The position numbers and the translations under genes were made by a program. From a virus (lineage: Duplodnaviria; Caudoviricetes): a stretch of 61,699 nt of DNA. This document shows, piece after piece, positions 18,995-28,391 of the stretch. The notes under the pieces were generated by a model. It had not been told where the DNA came from, searched no databases, and saw nothing but the letters and a program-made list of their open reading frames with translations. How positions within the stretch are numbered: position 1 is the first letter of the stretch; each line of letters starts with the position of its first letter. The stretch spans positions 1 through 61,699 of IMG/VR virus record IMGVR_UViG_3300020141_000500. The stretch is one strand, 5' to 3'.

Positions 18995-20512
18995 ATGAAC
19001 TTTTTAGCATTTTTAGTATTATTGAGTGCAATAGCAATATCTGCATGCGGTGCATATTTTAGTATCGTTGGATTAAAGTTGTTGTTTGTTGGTGGCGGCA
19101 TATCCATTATAATAATGGGAATTGCTCTTGAAGTTGGCAAATTTATTACCGCTACGTTTTTAAAACAAAAATGGAATGATATAACTTTGTGGATGAAAAC
19201 ATATATGGTTTTAGCCACAATGATACTTATGCTCATAACATCAATAGGTATATATGGATATTTGAGTGCGGGATATACCGCCACTTCTATTGCTGTACAA
19301 GGCTATGAACATCAAATAGAAGCAAATATAACCAATATAAAAGATATTGAGAAAGAAATAGCGTCTTTGAAGACATCAACTTATAATGAAGCAGAAACAC
19401 GGTCTATCGAGGACAACAGAAAGAAAATAATTGAACAGCGTACTTTGCTTATAAATCAAAAGAATCAGCAAGCAGAAACTATAAGAAAATCAACTGATAC
19501 AAACAGAGATGCGTCGTCTGATATAATGTCGGCAAAACAAGCATTGGAATTATCTAAATCATCTACAGATTCTGATATTGGTAGAGAACTTGAACAAATC
19601 AAGCTGTATAATTCACGACTTGAGATATTGGACAAAGAAGTACAAAAATGGATAGACCAAGGAAGTGGAAACATGTTCAAAAAAGGTGGCTTGGATAAAG
19701 CCCGAGAAATCAAACAATCGCAGCAGAAAGAACGTGATGACATTGATGCTCAAATAAAATCTTCACAAGACAGAATGGAAAAACTTCGTCAGCAATATGC
19801 TGGTCAAGTAAAAGAATATAATGATCGTGTGGCAGCAATTGAATCTCGTAGCAGATCTCAAAGAAGTGAAATTGACGCTAATATAAAAAATACTGAAAAA
19901 GAAGCTGCCGAAATTGCTGCGTCTATAATAGCATACAACAAAGAAACAGATGAAAAGATTGTTGCATTAAACACCAAAAAAGGTGAAATGACTGAACAAA
20001 GTAAACAAAAGATAACCGAATATCAAAATAATATACAAACGTTGCGAGCACAAAATACCGAAACACAAGAAAAGATTGTTCATACAGATGTTGGTACATT
20101 CAAGTTTATTGCGAAAAGTCTAAACATTCCATTGGACGATGCAGTTAATTATTTTATTTGGGCAATTATTGGAGTGTTTGATCCATTGGCAATATGTTTA
20201 ATTTTGGCGTTTAATGCATTGATTAAAAAAGATGAAAAATCCGAAAATAAACAACAACCAAAGACTGTGACAGAGCCAGAACCAACATCAACGCCGACTC
20301 CGACTCCGACGCCGACACCAAATCCAACCCCGACTGCATCATCCGAACCATCATCCACGCTGGTCGTAGAAAATATTTTGGTACAAGAACCAATTGCAAT
20401 TGATGCTATATCATCAGAGTCAGTTGATATAGACATACCACACATAGCATCGCCGCCCAAAGCACCAACCGCTCCACACGGAATAAAAAGCGGAAAAGTG
20501 TCTCCAAGATAA
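18995..20512 (+). CDS. membrane protein with about 3 N-terminal TM helices, long coiled coil, C-terminal TM helix and PT tail
   Basis: Hydrophobic segments at the N-terminus and at YFIWAIIGVFDPLAICLILAF; E/K/Q-rich middle. Confidence 0.75.
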   Translation: MNFLAFLVLLSAIAISACGAYFSIVGLKLLFVGGGISIIIMGIALEVGKFITATFLKQKWNDITLWMKTYMVLATMILMLITSIGIYGYLSAGYTATSIAVQGYEHQIEANITNIKDIEKEIASLKTSTYNEAETRSIEDNRKKIIEQRTLLINQKNQQAETIRKSTDTNRDASSDIMSAKQALELSKSSTDSDIGRELEQIKLYNSRLEILDKEVQKWIDQGSGNMFKKGGLDKAREIKQSQQKERDDIDAQIKSSQDRMEKLRQQYAGQVKEYNDRVAAIESRSRSQRSEIDANIKNTEKEAAEIAASIIAYNKETDEKIVALNTKKGEMTEQSKQKITEYQNNIQTLRAQNTETQEKIVHTDVGTFKFIAKSLNIPLDDAVNYFIWAIIGVFDPLAICLILAFNALIKKDEKSENKQQPKTVTEPEPTSTPTPTPTPTPNPTPTASSEPSSTLVVENILVQEPIAIDAISSESVDIDIPHIASPPKAPTAPHGIKSGKVSPR

Positions 20513-20598
20513 AATTCTTTAAATTTTATTTTTTATATATTGACAATATAAACATTTAGCATATATATGTGAATTGTATATACGACTATTCACAAAAT

Positions 20599-21213
20599 AT
20601 GAGTTACAAAATTGTCAAAAATAAAGATATTCTACACAAAAAAACCGAACCAGTATCAACAATACAAGAAGGTGAAGAAATAGCCAAAAAATTGATCGAG
20701 GCTTTGGATACACTTTCACATGGTATTGGTCTTTCTGCTATACAAATAGGAATACCCAAGGCGGTATCAATTGTAAGAGTTCGTAAAGATAATCCTCCGA
20801 TTATTCTCATGAATCCTACTATTGTAGAAGCAAGTAAAGAAAAGCTCATCTTTACTGAAGGTTGTATAAGTTTGCCAGGCAAGCTTACCAACACAGTTCG
20901 TTCATTGAAAGTTACTGTATCCACTCTGAATCATGCCAATCCTCTTTCATTTGGTCCAGATACAGACCCAATCACGCAAGAATCTGTTGGCAAGGACTTG
21001 GGTTTGCTTGAAAGCATCTGCATTCAACATGAAACTGACCATACCAATGGTGTATTGATGATTGATGAAGGTGTTCGTTTTGTTCCTGTAGTAGATAAAA
21101 AAGTGAAATATGGAAGAAATGATAAAGTTATGGTAGAAAAAGCTGGAGAAACTCAATATATAAAATACAAGAAAGCCTTGGAACTCGTGGAGCAAGGCTG
21201 GGCAATTCTATAA
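20599..21213 (+). CDS. def: peptide deformylase
   Basis: All three PDF motifs present: GIGLSAIQ, EGCIS, QHETDH. ATG at 20599 preferred. Confidence 0.92.
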   Translation: MSYKIVKNKDILHKKTEPVSTIQEGEEIAKKLIEALDTLSHGIGLSAIQIGIPKAVSIVRVRKDNPPIILMNPTIVEASKEKLIFTEGCISLPGKLTNTVRSLKVTVSTLNHANPLSFGPDTDPITQESVGKDLGLLESICIQHETDHTNGVLMIDEGVRFVPVVDKKVKYGRNDKVMVEKAGETQYIKYKKALELVEQGWAIL

Positions 21214-21214
21214 T

Positions 21215-21367
21215 ATGAACATTGACATTGATAACCTTGAAGAAATAAAAGAACTACTTAAACACGCACTTGAACGACACAGTTGGCCAGCCGTTGAAGA
21301 TGCTCTAACAATACTGAAAGAAGAACTCGGTTATGAAGCCGATGAACTTGAAGAAGAGGAGCAATAA
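21215..21367 (+). CDS. small acidic hypothetical protein, 50 aa (not in ORF track)
   Basis: MNIDIDNLEEIKELLKHALERHSWPAVEDALTILKEELGYEADELEEEEQ exactly fills the gap between def and 21371. Confidence 0.7.
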   Translation: MNIDIDNLEEIKELLKHALERHSWPAVEDALTILKEELGYEADELEEEEQ

Positions 21368-21370
21368 TTT

Positions 21371-21646
21371 ATGTGGATAATAGTAACATTAATGGTTTTG
21401 TTTTTCATCTCAACATGTGCGTTGGGATTTGCGTGCTATAACATGCTAAAAAAGATTGAAGTTCACGAAGAGTGGATTGAAGAATATCGCACAGAAATAG
21501 ACAAATATCGTACAGAAATAGAAAATGTGTATAAACGCTTAAAAATGGTCGATGACAAAAACTTGTTTGAAAAAGACGATGATGTTGGATTTGTTTTTTC
21601 CGAAATACAAAGAGTGATACAAGAGTTTAATGACAGCATAAAATAA
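21371..21646 (+). CDS. small membrane-anchored coiled-coil protein
   Basis: N-terminal hydrophobic helix followed by a charged heptad region. Confidence 0.7.
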   Translation: MWIIVTLMVLFFISTCALGFACYNMLKKIEVHEEWIEEYRTEIDKYRTEIENVYKRLKMVDDKNLFEKDDDVGFVFSEIQRVIQEFNDSIK

Positions 21647-21647
21647 A

Positions 21648-22541
21648 ATGAAGAAAATTAAAAAAACTGGTAAGCAGAATAAAGTTGTAAAAAAGTCCAA
21701 GCCAACAAAAAAAGTTGTCAAAGCTCAAAATCCTAAAAATAAAATAAAGAAGCAAATTGTACATACAGCAGAATTTCATGTAAATGAAAAGATTTCGCGT
21801 CCGCGTGGTAGACCAAAGGGAAAAAAGAACACAAAAGAACCAGTTGAGGGGGTTGAAAAAAAGGTTTCTAATGTATACTTTACTCCAGATACAGAATCGG
21901 CCATTGTTGCTTATAATGAAACAGAAGACTCAAGAGAAAAAGATAAAATATACAACGAAAAGATACAAGGTGCATTTGGTAAAATAGCCGAGAATATTTA
22001 TAATACATTCAAGTTTAGTTATGCTGATGTAAGTCCTCTTGATATTCAGAAGCAAGCCATTTCACATATGGTCGCAAACATGAGCAAATATGAAAAAGGA
22101 AAAGGCAAGGCATTCAGTTATTTTAGTATTGTAGCCAAACATTGGTTTATTTTAGACAACAATACAACACATCGTCGTTTCAAGAAACATGTTGAGATTT
22201 GTGAACAAGCTGGAGAATCTGGAGAATTTGTGGTTGAACCAGAACACCAAAAGCAAGAAAGCGAAACACGCGAGTTTATCAAACTCATGGTTGAATATTG
22301 GGACAAAAATGTTGGCAAGCATTTTACCAAAGAACGCGACTTGAAGATTGCCAATGCGGTCATTGAAATATTCAGAAATGCTGATCGTATCGATGTATTC
22401 AATAAAAAAGCATTGTATCTATATATACGAGAGATCGCAGATTGCCAGACACAACATATCACAAAAGTTATAAACAAGATGACAGGACCGCAGTCAGTTA
22501 TAAAAACAGAATATCTAAACCGTGGTACGGTTGCTCTCTAA
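21648..22541 (+). CDS. putative phage sigma factor (T4 gp55-like, late) with Lys-rich N-terminal extension
   Basis: YF...AIVAYN...KIAENI...FKFSY...KYE..KGKAFSYFSIVAKHWF resembles sigma region 2 of gp55-type proteins. Confidence 0.6.
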   Translation: MKKIKKTGKQNKVVKKSKPTKKVVKAQNPKNKIKKQIVHTAEFHVNEKISRPRGRPKGKKNTKEPVEGVEKKVSNVYFTPDTESAIVAYNETEDSREKDKIYNEKIQGAFGKIAENIYNTFKFSYADVSPLDIQKQAISHMVANMSKYEKGKGKAFSYFSIVAKHWFILDNNTTHRRFKKHVEICEQAGESGEFVVEPEHQKQESETREFIKLMVEYWDKNVGKHFTKERDLKIANAVIEIFRNADRIDVFNKKALYLYIREIADCQTQHITKVINKMTGPQSVIKTEYLNRGTVAL

Positions 22542-22570
22542 ATATATACAAATTAGACTATTTATAGGAT

Positions 22571-22951
22571 ATGGAAACATATGAATTTGAGATTTATAAG
22601 GGAAAAAGCTTTGCTTCTTTGTGCAAAGATATTATAAATAACTCAGAACAAAAGAAAGACCAGTTGGATATATTGATCACAGACCTAAAAGACATGATCA
22701 AGACTGTAAATGACGCTGTTACAATTGTTCCTTTGCTCAAAGAATACTTTGATGTGTCTGTGCGCAATGATGAGCAACTAATCAAACTTGCTGCCATTAT
22801 TCAACGATTAATGTCTGGTAAGGTTGGACCAGAAGGTGAAGGTGGTGGCACTATGCTAACAGATGAAGAAAAAAAGCAACTCATGTCGGCTATAGAAGAA
22901 ACAGCAAAGACCATGAAGTCTCCAGAAAAATCTAAAGAAGAAAGTAAATAA
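22571..22951 (+). CDS. hypothetical helical protein, 126 aa
   Basis: ATG ORF after CTATTTATA (22558-22566). Confidence 0.7.
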   Translation: METYEFEIYKGKSFASLCKDIINNSEQKKDQLDILITDLKDMIKTVNDAVTIVPLLKEYFDVSVRNDEQLIKLAAIIQRLMSGKVGPEGEGGGTMLTDEEKKQLMSAIEETAKTMKSPEKSKEESK

Positions 22952-22953
22952 TA

Positions 22954-24390
22954 ATGGCACACTCAATCATCAATCGCAAAAGTGATTTGAACGTCAAGCA
23001 AGACGATTTGTTGGCGTCTAAAAGATATGTAATAGAACGTAAACCGGATTTTCCACTTTTTTATGAACTTGAAGAAGCGGTGGTTTTGGATGTTATATTG
23101 GACCAAAACCATCCGGAAATGAAACAATCTCAAGCAAATCCGGACGATTGGCCAAAGAACATAGACGGTTCCCAAGTCACGGGAAATGATTTGGATTATG
23201 GAATGATTGGCAAGATCAAGTTTAGATTCTTATATGGTGAACGTGGCCAACCAAAAGAATCATTGAATTGGGCATATCCTATTGAAAATACCGGCATAAC
23301 TGAGTGGCCGTTGATGAATGAAATTGTAATCATTGCAAAATATCTAAACAAGTATTACTATTCCAAGAAGCTGAATTTCAAGTCAGTGGTCAATAGCGAT
23401 GCATCTTTTATTACCGAACGTGTAGCTGGTCACGCGGAGGAAAATCGTAATGAATATGACCCCAACGGAAAATATCATGGTCCAACGTCCACCATGAATG
23501 CAACGGGTGGAACAAAAAATTATCAAGGAATTTTGGGAAGTTACTTTAAATTTAATCCAAACGTCCGTTCATTGAAGCGATACGAGGGTGATACAATATT
23601 AGAATCCAGATTTGGGTCTTCTATAAGATTTGGAGCATATGACGATAATCGTGGGAATGATAATGGAAAAGATGATTATGCAGATGGTGGCGGAAATCCA
23701 ATGGTGTTGATTCGAAATAAACAAGCGCCAGTAAAAAATCCAGAAGGAAAAACGGCCAAGGGATATGTATCAGAAGATATCAATAAAGATGGATCATCTA
23801 TGCATATGACATCAGGGAAAACTGTTTCTGGTTTTAGGCCACCAATAAATATTCCGAATGTTGTAAAGGGTTCAACTGCTAAATTACCAACATTGGATGG
23901 TGATCAAATAATCATAAACAGCGATAGACTTGTTTTTTCATCAAGATCAAAAGAGACATTGATATTCTCAAAAGGACTGATAGGTATGACTACAGAAAGT
24001 CATTTGAGCGGAACGGCAAAAGGGGCAGTAACATTTAACTCGTTGGAAGACAATATTTATCTCAACGCCAAGAAGATCTATCTGGGATTTAATAAGTCAG
24101 GAGCATCCGACCAACCAGTTATTTTAGGAGGAGAACTTACCCAATGGTTAGATACTTTGACGGATGTAGTGATGTATATACTAAATTCCAACGTTGAAAT
24201 GGCGGCGTCTCTGGCCACCCACATTCACGTGGCGACAGGTCCGCTTGCTCCAACAACCCCACCGCCACCACCTTGGAGTGTATTGTTCATCGACGAGGCT
24301 CAATCATATTATGGCGCCATTGTTCAATTAAAGGTACTGCAATCTCAAATAGCAGCATTGCAAAGTACTCGTGCATTTGTTGGAAAATAA
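22954..24390 (+). CDS. putative baseplate central spike/hub (gp5/gpV-like)
   Basis: OB-fold-like start (WAYP...WPLMNEIV), short beta repeats, C-terminal HxH (THIH) then Pro-rich segment; upstream of gp25. Confidence 0.6.
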   Translation: MAHSIINRKSDLNVKQDDLLASKRYVIERKPDFPLFYELEEAVVLDVILDQNHPEMKQSQANPDDWPKNIDGSQVTGNDLDYGMIGKIKFRFLYGERGQPKESLNWAYPIENTGITEWPLMNEIVIIAKYLNKYYYSKKLNFKSVVNSDASFITERVAGHAEENRNEYDPNGKYHGPTSTMNATGGTKNYQGILGSYFKFNPNVRSLKRYEGDTILESRFGSSIRFGAYDDNRGNDNGKDDYADGGGNPMVLIRNKQAPVKNPEGKTAKGYVSEDINKDGSSMHMTSGKTVSGFRPPINIPNVVKGSTAKLPTLDGDQIIINSDRLVFSSRSKETLIFSKGLIGMTTESHLSGTAKGAVTFNSLEDNIYLNAKKIYLGFNKSGASDQPVILGGELTQWLDTLTDVVMYILNSNVEMAASLATHIHVATGPLAPTTPPPPPWSVLFIDEAQSYYGAIVQLKVLQSQIAALQSTRAFVGK

Positions 24391-24393
24391 ATT

Positions 24394-25473
24394 ATGCTAC
24401 TGGAAATAGCAGGAATACCAAAAGTAGAAGCTCCGAAAATTTCGGCAACTCTACCTACATTTACCACTACCAACACAGTGTCGATTGGATCTTCCGGATT
24501 TTCAACTCCTTCGAATGGAAATTTGATAAATGTTTCTTCATTGGCTTCAAATGGCATAAAAACGAGCATTGCACCCCCATTGGATTTTAAGTCTGTAACA
24601 CCATCATTAAATTTGAATGGAAAGGTTAATGTAGCTGCCGACACATTGAAAGCTATGACTACAAAGGCTGGTATAACTGCTACAATAGGTACAATTGCAT
24701 CTGGAATGAATATACCAATCGGACTTCCATCGACCACTGATGCATTAAAAACTTTGGGAGTTCCCACGGATCTGGCAAGTTTGCAAAAGGCTCTTGATTT
24801 CAAACTTCCAGAAATTCCGGCATTTCCAGGAATCAATTTTGCACTTTTATTTGGAAAAAGTCCACAATTTATCGCAGAAGTTGTATTGAAGTATAAGACA
24901 ATCTGCTTACCTCATATTCCCGGCGTGAAAATCAATATGGCACAAGCATTGGCTGCTATATCTATCATAAAAGCAGTTGCGTCTGGACAGGGTGGTGCAA
25001 TTATAAAACATTTATTGGAAGGAATTACTGGAGAATTAAAAGCAGAACTAATTCAAGGATTGGAAAAATCTATTAGTGCTGGATTGAATGAAAGTGCAAA
25101 CAGCCTACAATCGGTTTTGAAAGAATCAATAAAGTTGGATATATCAGTTAAAACGAAAAATCAAAAAGCCGAATATGACCAAGAAGGTGAGTTAATTCAA
25201 ATGGATGCAATTGAGCCGGATTTTAATCCAGAAGACTATGATACCACTCAAATGCGAGAAGAATCTTCTCCGAACTCTACATTACAAGATTCCAACAATG
25301 AAAACATTGGACAATTCTCTGAGAACCACGAATCACCAGCCCCCAACAATATACAGACCGAGCAGACTGTAGCTACCTCCCCTATTGCAGAGGCGGTAGC
25401 TACTCCAGTGACAAAACCCGATACAAATGCTACAGTAGCACCAACTCCAGTAACACCACCTACCCGTGGGTAA
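24394..25473 (+). CDS. hypothetical protein in the baseplate block
   Basis: 359-aa ORF coupled to the spike gene. Confidence 0.65.
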   Translation: MLLEIAGIPKVEAPKISATLPTFTTTNTVSIGSSGFSTPSNGNLINVSSLASNGIKTSIAPPLDFKSVTPSLNLNGKVNVAADTLKAMTTKAGITATIGTIASGMNIPIGLPSTTDALKTLGVPTDLASLQKALDFKLPEIPAFPGINFALLFGKSPQFIAEVVLKYKTICLPHIPGVKINMAQALAAISIIKAVASGQGGAIIKHLLEGITGELKAELIQGLEKSISAGLNESANSLQSVLKESIKLDISVKTKNQKAEYDQEGELIQMDAIEPDFNPEDYDTTQMREESSPNSTLQDSNNENIGQFSENHESPAPNNIQTEQTVATSPIAEAVATPVTKPDTNATVAPTPVTPPTRG

Positions 25474-25530
25474 TTTAAATTTAACTAAAAAAAGATCAAA
25501 CAACCCTTATATTTATAGAAAGACATATAT

Positions 25531-25980
25531 ATGAACAAGAAAGAACTTGTAGAAATCATCAGAACAGTTGTACGAGAAGAAATCAATGAATCTCTTCCTC
25601 AGTATCTCATGGAAGTATTGGCTGAACGAATCACCGCACAGCCGGTTATTACTGAGAGAAAAGAGTCAGATATACCAGTTGCACAAAGAAAAAAGCCTTC
25701 GGTCGCGTTTGAAGCGCCGATCAAGCAAGTTCCTGTTCAAGCACCAAGAACATTTTCTTCAAACCCAATATTTAACCAAATATTGAACGAGACAGTTGGA
25801 GGAATACCGGACGAAAGTTCTGTGTCTGCTCCATCTGCAATAGACACTATTAAAAATTTACCAAAAGAAGTGTTGGCAGAAAACAAGGACGTTGCTGCTG
25901 TAGCAAACGCCATGACCAGAGACTATTCAAAATTGATGAAGGCGATTGACTCCAAAGCCAAATCCAACAGACCGTTATAA
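25531..25980 (+). CDS. hypothetical protein with KELVEIIRTVVREE leader-like start
   Basis: ATATTTATA at 25509; overlaps the gp25 start. Confidence 0.7.
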   Translation: MNKKELVEIIRTVVREEINESLPQYLMEVLAERITAQPVITERKESDIPVAQRKKPSVAFEAPIKQVPVQAPRTFSSNPIFNQILNETVGGIPDESSVSAPSAIDTIKNLPKEVLAENKDVAAVANAMTRDYSKLMKAIDSKAKSNRPL

Positions 25981-26384
25981 TGATAACTGACACACAAACT
26001 TTTGGTATAACTTTACCCATCCAACATGGGCCTCGTGGTTATTTTAACCAAAGCAGAAATGTGTCGGAACAAGTAAAATCAAATCTTACTTTATTGTTAA
26101 AAACAAAAAAGGGAGAAAGAAGAATGAATCCAGAATTTGGTTCTGGTCTTTGGAGTGTATTATTTGAAAACATTACCGACGATCTGAAACCAATTATCGA
26201 ATCAACAATTCGCAAAGATATATCAAATTGGCTTAACTATATTACCGTGCAATCTGTTGATGTTCAGTACAACACAGACAACAATTATAATCGTGTGAGT
26301 GTTTCAGTCAAATATGTTGCCGCCTCAGCGGGTATATATGACCAGCAAGTTTTGAATGTACAGATGATAACAAATAACATATGA
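25980..26384 (+). CDS. baseplate wedge subunit, gp25/GPW family
   Basis: NLTLLLKTKKGERRMNPEFGSGLWSVLFE motif. Confidence 0.9.
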   Translation: MITDTQTFGITLPIQHGPRGYFNQSRNVSEQVKSNLTLLLKTKKGERRMNPEFGSGLWSVLFENITDDLKPIIESTIRKDISNWLNYITVQSVDVQYNTDNNYNRVSVSVKYVAASAGIYDQQVLNVQMITNNI

Positions 26385-28336
26385 TTTTAGACACGCCAAA
26401 ATCCTTTCAACCGGGTAAAAAAGATATAAAATACCTCAGCAAAGATTTTGCTCAATTGAAGCAAACACTTACTCAGTTTGCTCAAGTATATTATCCAAAC
26501 ACATACAAAGACTTTAGTGATGCATCTACAGGTATGATGTTTATAGAAATGGCGGCATATGTTGGAGACGTTTTGTCTTATTATATTGATTATCAATTTA
26601 AAGAATCTATGTTGGTGAATGCCGAGGAAAGACAAAATATCATTGATTCTGCTCGTTCGCTTGGGTACAAAACAAAATCAACGGCACCAAGTGTAACCAA
26701 TTTGGACGTTTATCAATTGGTTCCATCAAAAATATCAGAAGATGGTAGCATGGTTCCAGACATGAATTATGCACAGATTATAAAACCGGGTATGGCAACT
26801 GTGAGTGACAATGGAGTTCCATTCTTAACCAATGCTCCTGTAGATTTTACCGTTGATACAAAAAATGACCCACTGGAAGTCAGTGTTTATCAAAGAAACA
26901 ACGCTGGACAAGCTGAGTTTTATGTATTGAAAAAGAATGTTGATGCTTTTTCCGGACAACTATTGAGTAAAGATGTGTCAATTGGTGCACCATCTTCATT
27001 CTACAAAATTTATTTGGATGAAACAAACATCATTGAAGTTTTTGATATCTATGATTCTGACGGAAATCGCTGGTATGAAACAGACTATCTTGCACAAGAT
27101 TTGGTGCCAATTGAAAATGAGAATATATACAAAAACGATATGTCACTCTCTTCACACAGAGACACTGTTCCGTTCTTGTTGAAGTATCTTCGCACATCAA
27201 AGAGATTTGTCTCCGGAGTTGAATCTGACAATACAACTTTCATAGAATTTGGCTCAGGTACTAATATTTCCGATGATGAAATTATTATACCAAATGTTTA
27301 CACAGTTGGAAAACCTTCAACTTTCAGAAATGAAAGCGTGAATTATGACCCAGATAATTTCTTGTCATCAAGAGCGTTTGGTCAGGCACCTGCAAACACT
27401 ACATTAACAATAAGATATATTACAGGCGGTGGAATTAATAGTAATGTTAACGCCAATACAATAAAGAATACTACCAATATAGAATTCTTTGGAGATATTA
27501 CAGAATTGCCAGTGTTTGATCAGGGACTGACAAATTTGGTTAGACGTTCTGTGAAAGTAAACAATCCCGTCCCAGCAACCGGTGGTCGTGGATCTGAAAC
27601 CAACGACGAAATTAGAAATAACGCATTGTCAAGTTTTTCTGCTCAAGGACGTATAGTGACTCAAAAAGATTACGTGGTACGAACATATGCAATGCCCTCC
27701 AAGTATGGTTCAATTGCCAAAGCATATGCGGCTGCGGATACCAACTTGGATTTACCAAATATACAAGCATTTCCAAATGATCTTTCTACAAGCTCACTTG
27801 GTCCTGAAAATACAAATCGTAAGAATATCAACCAGAATAATCCGTTCGCTATCAATCTATATTTGCTTGGTTATGATACGAACCAACGTTTGATAAATAC
27901 CAATGAGGCAATTCGTCAAAATCTCAAGAACTATCTCAATCAATATCGTATGTTGACAGACAGTGTAAATCTATTGGATGGATATATAATAAATATTGGA
28001 GTGGACTTCACTATCATTGCTTATAAAAATTATAACAAACGCGAAGTGTTGGCAAACTGTTTAACTTTGGTTCAACAATTCTTTGATATCAACAACATTC
28101 AATTCTGCCAACCAATAAATCTCAGTCGTTTGGAGCTTGAAATTGCCAAGGTTGATGGTGTACAATCTGTTTCTTCATTGAAAATCAAAAATTTGACATT
28201 GCGAGATGGTGATTATTCTCCATATGAATATGACATTTCCAAAGCCACATTAGACAAAGTTGTATATCCGTCAATCGACCCGTCAATATTTGAAGTAAGA
28301 TTTCCAACAAAAGACATTGTGGGACGTGTGAGTTAA
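26381..28336 (+). CDS. baseplate wedge subunit (T4 gp6/baseplate J-like)
   Basis: KDFAQLK...AYVGDVLSYY...ARSLGYK; ATGGRGSET..EIR...AQGRIVTQKDY. Confidence 0.88.
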   Translation: MILDTPKSFQPGKKDIKYLSKDFAQLKQTLTQFAQVYYPNTYKDFSDASTGMMFIEMAAYVGDVLSYYIDYQFKESMLVNAEERQNIIDSARSLGYKTKSTAPSVTNLDVYQLVPSKISEDGSMVPDMNYAQIIKPGMATVSDNGVPFLTNAPVDFTVDTKNDPLEVSVYQRNNAGQAEFYVLKKNVDAFSGQLLSKDVSIGAPSSFYKIYLDETNIIEVFDIYDSDGNRWYETDYLAQDLVPIENENIYKNDMSLSSHRDTVPFLLKYLRTSKRFVSGVESDNTTFIEFGSGTNISDDEIIIPNVYTVGKPSTFRNESVNYDPDNFLSSRAFGQAPANTTLTIRYITGGGINSNVNANTIKNTTNIEFFGDITELPVFDQGLTNLVRRSVKVNNPVPATGGRGSETNDEIRNNALSSFSAQGRIVTQKDYVVRTYAMPSKYGSIAKAYAAADTNLDLPNIQAFPNDLSTSSLGPENTNRKNINQNNPFAINLYLLGYDTNQRLINTNEAIRQNLKNYLNQYRMLTDSVNLLDGYIINIGVDFTIIAYKNYNKREVLANCLTLVQQFFDINNIQFCQPINLSRLELEIAKVDGVQSVSSLKIKNLTLRDGDYSPYEYDISKATLDKVVYPSIDPSIFEVRFPTKDIVGRVS

Positions 28337-28391
28337 TTTAGGTCAAATTTATTGGTTGGGGTGTATATTTATAATGTAAAGAACATAGTAT

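Noticed and set aside
22571-22951. Terminase small subunit call
   Set aside because: Size and helical character fit, but there is no diagnostic motif and it is far from terL.
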